Shown here: positions 57,484 through 64,000 of the stretch, one piece after another | How the letters are laid out: every line of letters begins with the position of its first letter | Position numbering within the stretch: the stretch's first letter is position 1 | Assembly: GCA_002082305.1 (NCBI GenBank) | Contig: LSNO01000114.1 | Coordinates: forward strand, 3,431-67,430 | Direction: 5' to 3' | Source of the DNA: SAR324 cluster bacterium SAR324-CTD7B | GTDB taxonomy: Bacteria > SAR324 > NAC60-12 | DNA length: 64,000 nt | The notes under the pieces: generated by a model | The model's database searches: none | Told to the model about the DNA's origin: nothing | What the model saw: only the letters and a program-made list of their open reading frames with translations | Made by a program: the position numbers and the translations under genes

Positions 57484-58089
57484 ATGGTAAAAATTACAAA
57501 AGTTTATACTCGTACCGGAGATACAGGTCAGACCGGACTCGTGGGAGGAAAGCGGCTTCCCAAAGATCATCCGCGTATTGAAGCTTATGGAAGCGTTGAT
57601 GAATTGAACAGTGTCTTGGGAATTGTATTAAGTTTTCTTGTGCAAAAGGATGCATCAAAACGAAGGGACAAACTGGAACTTATTTTGGAAGCAATTCAGC
57701 AAAAACTCTTTGACATGGGTTCCGAATTGGCAACTCTTCCAGGTGATGAATATGTGGGGCAAATCACTTTACAGGCGGAAGACGCGGAATGGCTTGAGGA
57801 AATAATTGATGCGATGAACGATGAACTTCAACCACTGAAAAGTTTTATCCTGCCCGGCGGAACGTCGCTCAATGCTTTTTTGCACCTTGCACGTACAGTT
57901 TGTAGAAGGGCCGAGCGAGATATTCTCAAACTCAAGCAAATTGATTTGGTGAGTCCAGAAATTATCAAATACATAAACCGTCTTTCCGATTTCCTTTTTG
58001 TCGCCGGGCGCTGGGTCACAGAAACCCTTGGCGAAAAGGAAACCTTGTGGCAGCCGGGAAAAAGTAAGCCTGATTGGAATTGGAATTAA
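57484..58089 (+). CDS. pduO: ATP:cob(I)alamin adenosyltransferase, PduO type
   Basis: KVYTRTGDTGQTGL..GKRLPKD..RIEAYGSVDELNS, FILPGG, ARTVCRRAER. Confidence 0.9.
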   Translation: MVKITKVYTRTGDTGQTGLVGGKRLPKDHPRIEAYGSVDELNSVLGIVLSFLVQKDASKRRDKLELILEAIQQKLFDMGSELATLPGDEYVGQITLQAEDAEWLEEIIDAMNDELQPLKSFILPGGTSLNAFLHLARTVCRRAERDILKLKQIDLVSPEIIKYINRLSDFLFVAGRWVTETLGEKETLWQPGKSKPDWNWN

Positions 58090-61000
58090 ATGCACAGAAT
58101 TGCCACCAAACCGGGAGACTTGGACTCCGAAAAAAAACTTGAATCAGTCCGTCAAACACCAGCCGATATTTTATTCATAAGTACTGCTGATACCGAGCTT
58201 TCCGGACTGGCCCAGGTTTGGGGCAAACGATTCCGGAAAAAAGCGAGACTTACACTGCGTTTGATGCAGGCCAATCCGCTTCAACATCCTGCGGCTGCAG
58301 AGCATTATGCGGATAATGTTTTGTGCAAAGCCAAGTTGGCAATATTTCGTTTGCACGGTGGATACGGCTATTTCCCGCATATGCTGGACGAAATCCTTCA
58401 CATCAAGAGTCACGGTGCAAAAACACGGATTCTAGTGCTACCCGGAACTGATGAATGGGATCCGGAGTTGATGAATTTCAATGATTACGCAGAACCGCTG
58501 GTGCGTCAAATGTTTTCATATTTCCATGAAGGTGGAATCGACAACATGGAACTTGCAGCTGAGGCGGTGGAATTGCTACTGGAAAATAAAACTGGGGGGT
58601 TTCCGGAAGCTTTGAAAATTCCAACTTTTGGGTGGCTAAAAGATAAATCAGGAAAAAGAAATCAAAAATCAAAAATTGGTCGGGTTTGGATTACCTTTTA
58701 TCGTGCTTTGCAGCAAACGGGTGACATGGCCGTGGTTGAGGCTTTGACTGAGGCCTTAAACAAACAGGGCTTGGAAGTATCGGGATTTTATGCCTATTCG
58801 TTGCGTGAAATTGAATCGCAGGAGGAGTTGCTGCGAAAAGCTGAAATGGAGCCTCCGGACGCGATTTTGACCATGCAGAGTTTTTCGATCGGCACCGGAC
58901 CTTCCGGAGGAGGCATGGATGAGGGGAGTAAGACTCGTATTTCTTTTTTGGAAAGACTGAATTGTCCAGTAATTCAGGTACCGACTTCCACTGAGGATCG
59001 AGAAGCTTGGCTGCAAAATCCACGCGGTTTTTCTGCCTCTAATGCAGCAATGTCTGTTGTACTTCCGGAAACAGACGGGCGGCTTTTCAGTACTGTAGTC
59101 GGTTTTAAACAGGAACAGGAGGCAGCACCTGAATTGGAGTTTCGTTCGAAACGTTTGGCTCCGGATGCAAAACAAATTGAGCATGTAGCTGAGCTTACTG
59201 CAAATTGGGTACGTTTGCGCCGAACAGCTAATGCGGAAAAACGAGTGGCAATTATTCTGGCAAATTATCCAAACAAAGACAGCCGCCTTGGAAACGGAGT
59301 TGGACTTGATACACCGGCCAGCGTAATTGCTTTTTTGAAAGATTTAGATAAACGCGGATACTGCATTTCATCTTTCCCCGGAACGGAGACCGGTGCTACC
59401 AGTGTTTCCAGAGCGGAGTCTGGAGCTACCGTAGAAAATTTGGAAGAAAAAATCCCAGAAACCGGTGACGAACTGATCCGCATTCTGCAGGCAGGAATCA
59501 CCAACGATGCGGAAATGAGTTATGGAAAAACACCGGAACAAGGCATTTCCCGCGAACGATTATTTGAAATGATCGGTGCTTTGCAGGAAGTAAGTCAAGC
59601 AACTTTGGCTAAACAATGGACGCATGAAGTTGCGGATTCCGTTCCTGTTGCCGGAAAACGTTTTGGAAACATTTTCATCGGCATCCAGCCGCAGCGGGGA
59701 TTTGGTTTGCAGACTCAGGCGATTTATCACGATCCCGCTTTGTCTCCTCCACCAGAATACCTGGCGTTTTATCAGTGGATTCGTGAGGATTTTGACGCAC
59801 ATGCCGTTATCCATTTTGGAAAACACGGTAATTTGGAATGGCTGCCCGGAAGGAGCGTAGCCTTGGGGTCAGATGATTTTCCGCAAATTGCATTGAAAAC
59901 TTTACCAAATTTGTACCCTTTCATAGTCAACGATCCGGGTGAAGGCGCACAGGCTAAACGCCGTTCGTCTGCCGTAATTGTCGATCACCTCACCCCGCCT
60001 TTGACCCGTGCCGGACTTTACGAAGAACTGGACAAAGCGGAGCGTCTGCTGGAAGAGCATGCCCATTGCGAAACGCTGTATCCGGAACGCGCACATGAAC
60101 TCGAACATGAAATTGAGCATCTGCTGGAACACGCGGAGTGGAGTGAGGAACTTCCGGAGGACGATGATCCCTTGAATGCGCTCAGCAGCCACCTTTGTGA
60201 GTTGAAAGAAAGTCAAATTCGTTCCGGTTTGCACATTTTCGGACAACTTCCGGAAGGCGAAAAACGAACTGATTTTCTGCTGAGTCTGCTGCGGATGCCC
60301 TCTGTGGAACGTCCGGGTTTGCTGCAGGCACTTTTGGGAAAAGAACCGGATTTTGACCTCGACACGCTTTCGATTCGGGGACGTGATGAAATTGAAGAAT
60401 TGGCGAGAAATTGGGTGAATTACGAACAAACACGACACGAATTATCCGGAAGCGCAGATGTACCGCTTACATTCCCGGAAAACGAAGGAATTCAAAAACT
60501 TCGCCGCTGGCTGCACGAAACTTTATTGCCGCGTTTTTTGCGTTGTGCAGAGGAAACCCGGAGTTTGGCTTTGGCTTTGGAGGGACGTTTTGTCAGTCCG
60601 GGACCGTCCGGCGCACCAACAAGAGGGCGGATTGACGTTTTGCCGACCGGACGCAATTTTTATTCAGTCGATCCGCGTGTGATTCCAACGCAGACTGCCT
60701 GGCGCTGCGGACAGGCTTTGGCCGAAGAATTGATTGAACGCTACCGTTCAGATCACGGCGAATTCCCGAAAACTACAGCCCTTGTGATTTGGGGAACATC
60801 GAATATGCGTACCGGCGGCGATGACATCGCCCAGGCTTTGGCGCTTTGGGGTTGCGAACCGGTTTGGGAACCGGTTTCAGGGCGTGTAGTTGATTTTGAA
60901 ATTATGCCTCTTTCAGTTTTGGGTCGACCGCGGGTGGATGTCGTTTTGCGGGTTTCCGGAATGTTCCGGGACTCCTTTGGTGACGTGATGCGTTTGCTTT

Positions 61001-61848
61001 CGACTGTACCAAAGCGTTTGGCAGAACTTGATGAACCAGAGGAAATGAATCCGGTACGGGCAGCATGGCTGGAAGATCAAGAGCGTTTGCAAATTACCGG
61101 AGTTTCCGCGGAAAACGCTAAACGGCTGGCGGAATTACGGGTTTTTAGTTCTGGACCTGGAGCATACGGAACCGGACTTTTACCATTGATTGACGCAGGA
61201 AACTGGGAAACCCGTGGCGATTTAACTGAAGTATTTTTGAAATGGGGCGGCCATGCTTATGCTTCCGATGGTACGAGTTCTGAGGAAATTAATTTGTTGC
61301 GTGAGCGGCTGAGCTCTGTGGAAATCGTGCATCAAAATCAGGATAACCGTGAACACGATATTCTGGATTCGGATGATTATTTTCAGTTTCAGGGAGGACT
61401 ACAGGCGGCCGTCACAGAAATAAAAGGTTCCACTCCCGCAACTTATCACGGCGATTCGAGCAATCCTGAAAAAATAAAAATCCGCACACTCAAGGAAGAA
61501 TTCAACCGTGTTTTCCGGAGCCGTGTTCTCAATCCAAAATGGCTGGAATCAATGCGCGAACACGGATACAAAGGTGCATTTGAAATGGCGGCCACAGTCG
61601 ATTATCTGTTTGGCTACGATGCAACCTGCGATATTGTTGCAGATTATCAATACGAAGAAGTCGCCCAGAAACTTCTGCTCGATCCGGAACAGCAAAAATT
61701 CTTCCGGGAACACAACCCCCTCGCTTTGAGAGATGCCTCCCAACGTCTGCTTGAAGCTAACGAACGGGAAATGTGGGAAAACGCAGATCCGGAAACTCTG
61801 GAGGCACTCGAATCTGCAATACTGGAAATTCAGGGGGAGGTGGAATAA
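58090..61848 (+). CDS. cobN: Cobaltochelatase large subunit CobN
   Basis: 1252 aa, CobN/Mg-chelatase H family blocks (HFGKHGNLEWLPG, VIWGTSNMRTGGDD, DVLPTGRNFYS). Start abuts the pduO stop. Confidence 0.95.
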   Translation: MHRIATKPGDLDSEKKLESVRQTPADILFISTADTELSGLAQVWGKRFRKKARLTLRLMQANPLQHPAAAEHYADNVLCKAKLAIFRLHGGYGYFPHMLDEILHIKSHGAKTRILVLPGTDEWDPELMNFNDYAEPLVRQMFSYFHEGGIDNMELAAEAVELLLENKTGGFPEALKIPTFGWLKDKSGKRNQKSKIGRVWITFYRALQQTGDMAVVEALTEALNKQGLEVSGFYAYSLREIESQEELLRKAEMEPPDAILTMQSFSIGTGPSGGGMDEGSKTRISFLERLNCPVIQVPTSTEDREAWLQNPRGFSASNAAMSVVLPETDGRLFSTVVGFKQEQEAAPELEFRSKRLAPDAKQIEHVAELTANWVRLRRTANAEKRVAIILANYPNKDSRLGNGVGLDTPASVIAFLKDLDKRGYCISSFPGTETGATSVSRAESGATVENLEEKIPETGDELIRILQAGITNDAEMSYGKTPEQGISRERLFEMIGALQEVSQATLAKQWTHEVADSVPVAGKRFGNIFIGIQPQRGFGLQTQAIYHDPALSPPPEYLAFYQWIREDFDAHAVIHFGKHGNLEWLPGRSVALGSDDFPQIALKTLPNLYPFIVNDPGEGAQAKRRSSAVIVDHLTPPLTRAGLYEELDKAERLLEEHAHCETLYPERAHELEHEIEHLLEHAEWSEELPEDDDPLNALSSHLCELKESQIRSGLHIFGQLPEGEKRTDFLLSLLRMPSVERPGLLQALLGKEPDFDLDTLSIRGRDEIEELARNWVNYEQTRHELSGSADVPLTFPENEGIQKLRRWLHETLLPRFLRCAEETRSLALALEGRFVSPGPSGAPTRGRIDVLPTGRNFYSVDPRVIPTQTAWRCGQALAEELIERYRSDHGEFPKTTALVIWGTSNMRTGGDDIAQALALWGCEPVWEPVSGRVVDFEIMPLSVLGRPRVDVVLRVSGMFRDSFGDVMRLLSTVPKRLAELDEPEEMNPVRAAWLEDQERLQITGVSAENAKRLAELRVFSSGPGAYGTGLLPLIDAGNWETRGDLTEVFLKWGGHAYASDGTSSEEINLLRERLSSVEIVHQNQDNREHDILDSDDYFQFQGGLQAAVTEIKGSTPATYHGDSSNPEKIKIRTLKEEFNRVFRSRVLNPKWLESMREHGYKGAFEMAATVDYLFGYDATCDIVADYQYEEVAQKLLLDPEQQKFFREHNPLALRDASQRLLEANEREMWENADPETLEALESAILEIQGEVE

Positions 61849-62149
61849 AGAAATAAAACGGATAATTTGCTCGTTGGAGTTGCGACAGGTAAACCCAAAT
61901 CATCCTTCTTTAAGCCTTTATGCCTTGCGTGGTACACTTACTTTGCTCCATTATGTTCCCATTTCCTGCAATACAGAATTACTCTGGTATTGGGAATCAA
62001 AGAAAAACAGATTTTGCAGGTGAATGTGAGTAGTCACCATGCAGTCAATTGAATACAGTTTCTTAACAATAAAGTCATCAAACATTCCTAACTAATAAAG
62101 CTTTTTTCTTAACCATATCTTATTTATAACATTGCAATAAAATAAACAT

Positions 62150-62503
62150 ATGACTTACACCATCTACCACAATCCAAAGTGCAGTAAATGCAAAGCTACA
62201 TTGGAAATTCTGAACAGTAATGGTGTTGAACCTAAAATTATTGAGTACTTGAAGAATCCACCTACGAAAGATGAGTTGAAGGAGATCATCAACAAATTGA
62301 AGATTCGACCGTCAGAACTGGTACGGTTTAAGGAAGGAAAAGCTATAGAACTGGGTATATCGGCAGAGGATAATTTGACTCATGATCAGTGGCTGAGCAT
62401 CATGACAGAGAATCCTGTCTTGATCGAAAGACCAATTGTAATTTCTGAAAAGGGAGCAGTGATCGGCCGTCCTCCTGAAAATGTTCTGGCTCTGTTTGAA
62501 TAA
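62150..62503 (+). CDS. arsC: Arsenate reductase (glutaredoxin-coupled ArsC family)
   Basis: 117 aa: IYHNPKCSK...YLKNPPTKDEL...NPVLIERPIV, collinear with R773 ArsC as I recall it. Confidence 0.8.
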   Translation: MTYTIYHNPKCSKCKATLEILNSNGVEPKIIEYLKNPPTKDELKEIINKLKIRPSELVRFKEGKAIELGISAEDNLTHDQWLSIMTENPVLIERPIVISEKGAVIGRPPENVLALFE

Positions 62504-62547
62504 ATGCTAAACCGCTAGTGATAAGGATAAGATTTTAAAAAGAACCC

Positions 62548-62657
62548 CTGGATTCCGTGTCTTCGCTACACTTCGCCCTGAATGACAATATGTTTCGATT
62601 ATGCCTTTTAGTTCATTTGGATTCCGTGTCTTCGCTACACTTCGCCCTGAATGACAA
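62548..62657. repeat. Two tandem direct copies (41 nt each, 40/41 identical, 28-nt spacer) of the TTGTCATTC...GGAATCCAG repeat family, in reverse orientation
   Basis: 62548-62588 CTGGATTCCGTGTCTTCGCTACACTTCGCCCTGAATGACAA and 62617-62657 TTGGATTCCGTGTCTTCGCTACACTTCGCCCTGAATGACAA. Confidence 0.8.
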
Positions 62658-62710
62658 CTTTTTATAAATTTGTCAGTTAGTTCATTATTGGGCTTTATAG
62701 ACAATTGATG

Positions 62711-64000
62711 TCACTTTTCCTGCAGGCGTTTAGCTTCCCTGTGGTGTTGCGCTTGGAGTTGCTCTAAATCAAGTCCTAGAATTTGTCCGTCTTCCACAAT
62801 CCATTTTCCGGCCACCATCACACGATCAGCTTGGTGAGCACCGCAAATCACGAGTGCAGCCAGAGGATCACCGTTTCCGGAAAATCGTAATTCGTCCAAT
62901 TTAAACAGTGCGAGGTCTGCCTGCATTCCTTCCGCGATTCGTCCCAGTTCAGGACGCCGCAAAACATTTGCACCGCCTTCGGTAGCCCAGCGCAACGCAT
63001 CCAAATGAGTGACTTTAGATCCATGCTGAAGTCGCTGAAGTAAAAAAGCCTGCCGGACTTCCTGCATTAAATTTGAAGAATCATTTGAAGCAGAACCGTC
63101 GACGCCCAATCCAACGGGGACTCCGGCTTTCTCCAAATCCATAACCCGGCAGACTCCGGACGAGAGCACCATATTCGAAGAGGGACAATGCGAGATTCCG
63201 GTTTTTGTGGCAGCAAGTTTTTGAATTTCTTCATCCGTAAAATGAATACCGTGTGCCAGCCAGGTTCCATTGTTTAACCAGCCGACCTGTTCCAGATATT
63301 CCAAGGGTCGGCAGCCGATTGTTTCCAGACAAAAACTGTTTTCATCTTCTGTTTCAGCAAGATGGGTGTGTAGCAGAACGTTATTTTTTTCTGCAAGCTT
63401 TGCGCTTTCACGCATTACTGTTTCTGAAACTGAAAAGGGTGAACAGGGAGCGAGTGCGATTTGAGTCATTGCCCCTTCCTCAGGGTTATGATACTGCTGA
63501 ATCAGGCGTTCACTGTCAGCCAATATTTCATCACATGTCTGCACGACAGAATCCGGAGGCAAGCCTCCGTCTTTTTCTGAGCGGTCCATGGATCCTCGAC
63601 AAAGCACCATGCGGATTCCCAAATTTTGTGCTTCTTCCACTTGCAAATCTATGGCATTTTCCAGTCCTGCGGGAAAAACATAATGCTGATCTGAGGCGGT
63701 GGTACAGCCGGAAAGCAGCAATTCAGCCAGCGCAAGGCGTGTTGCCATTCGCAGTGCTTCCGGAGTTATTCCGGCCCAAAGCGGATAAAGTGTTTTGAGC
63801 CATGGAAATAGTTCTTTGTTCAGTGCCTGAGGATAAACACGGGTGAGGGTTTGGTAAAAATGATGATGCAGGTTGATCAATCCCGGAAGGATGACGTGAC
63901 AACTGGCATCAAAAACAGAATCATATTCAGATGAAGGCTGCTTTCCGGAAGGAATCAATTCGATGATGCGTGCTCCCTCAAGCAGAATACCGCCTCCGGC
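62711..64000 (-). CDS. Amidohydrolase, 8-oxoguanine deaminase / chlorohydrolase-like; N-terminus runs off the right window edge
   Basis: GLINLHHHFYQTLTR metal-binding motif, HLAET, GLGVDGSASND. The frame stays open upstream of the track start (which is a TTG) to nt 64000 (AGGGILLEGARIIELIPSGK). Confidence 0.8.
   Translation of the reverse strand, partial: AGGGILLEGARIIELIPSGKQPSSEYDSVFDASCHVILPGLINLHHHFYQTLTRVYPQALNKELFPWLKTLYPLWAGITPEALRMATRLALAELLLSGCTTASDQHYVFPAGLENAIDLQVEEAQNLGIRMVLCRGSMDRSEKDGGLPPDSVVQTCDEILADSERLIQQYHNPEEGAMTQIALAPCSPFSVSETVMRESAKLAEKNNVLLHTHLAETEDENSFCLETIGCRPLEYLEQVGWLNNGTWLAHGIHFTDEEIQKLAATKTGISHCPSSNMVLSSGVCRVMDLEKAGVPVGLGVDGSASNDSSNLMQEVRQAFLLQRLQHGSKVTHLDALRWATEGGANVLRRPELGRIAEGMQADLALFKLDELRFSGNGDPLAALVICGAHQADRVMVAGKWIVEDGQILGLDLEQLQAQHHREAKRLQEK

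Noticed and set aside
62548-62657. Possible mini CRISPR array (two 41-nt repeats with a 28-nt spacer)
   Set aside because: There are only two units and no cas genes or leader. The repeat belongs to the dispersed TTGTCATTC...GGAATCCAG family found singly and in inverted orientation elsewhere in the window.
62507-62704. 65-aa minus-strand ORF with an internal CHSGRSVAKTRNP duplication
   Set aside because: It is a translation artefact of the tandem repeat units and has no RBS or coding-like composition.
1-64000. tRNA, rRNA, tmRNA, RNase P or integrase/att signatures that would mark a genomic island
   Set aside because: I saw no T-loop (GGTTCGAATCC-like) motifs in any intergenic region and no integrase or transposase ORFs. 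The window looks like core chromosome with small insertions only.

Overview
Chromosomal window from a moderately AT-rich diderm bacterium that uses sigma-54; taxonomy cannot be fixed from this sequence. Coding density is high, with about 60 genes and no tRNA, rRNA or CRISPR array. The left two thirds (1-44.2 kb) is mostly housekeeping. It holds a puuE allantoinase truncated by the window edge, maf-mrdA-mreD-mreC, hom, ridA, hisE and an orphan NtrC-type sigma-54 activator. It also holds two tandem DUF1504 (putative Na+/H+ antiporter family) paralogues, a Tat-exported IorAB-type molybdenum hydroxylase, an M48-TPR peptidase, TraB, several ABC transporters, mltG, a stand-alone ribosomal protein L3 gene, ogt, an MFS transporter, an O-antigen-ligase-like protein, gpsA, argH, an isolated flgB-flgC-fliE module, aspS, ddl and trmL. 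The right third (44.5-61.8 kb) is a cobalamin (corrin ring) cluster: cbiX(long)-cobH-cobL-[insertion]-cobI-cbiG/cobJ fusion-cobM-RND/MMPL exporter, convergent cobK-cbiD, then cobA-paiB-like-pduO-type adenosyltransferase-cobN. It is followed by arsC and an 8-oxoguanine-deaminase-like amidohydrolase that runs off the right edge. I found no obvious complete novel multi-gene system such as a defence island. The points most worth a second look are: (1) a decayed GxxExxY nuclease-like mini-cassette with 27-bp terminal inverted repeats inserted between cobL and cobI, whose right repeat contains the cobI start codon; (2) a COG1033 RND exporter and a PaiB-like FMN protein embedded in the cob cluster; (3) an L3 gene outside any S10 operon context, followed by a 0.4-kb non-coding stretch; (4) a dispersed 28-41 nt TTGTCATTC...GGAATCCAG palindromic repeat family (6 copies at 4 loci), one copy abutting a truncated hsdM relic; (5) good sigma-54 -24/-12 boxes upstream of flgB and the DUF1504 pair. 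All functional calls rest on my recognition of conserved motifs in the translations; no database search was possible.
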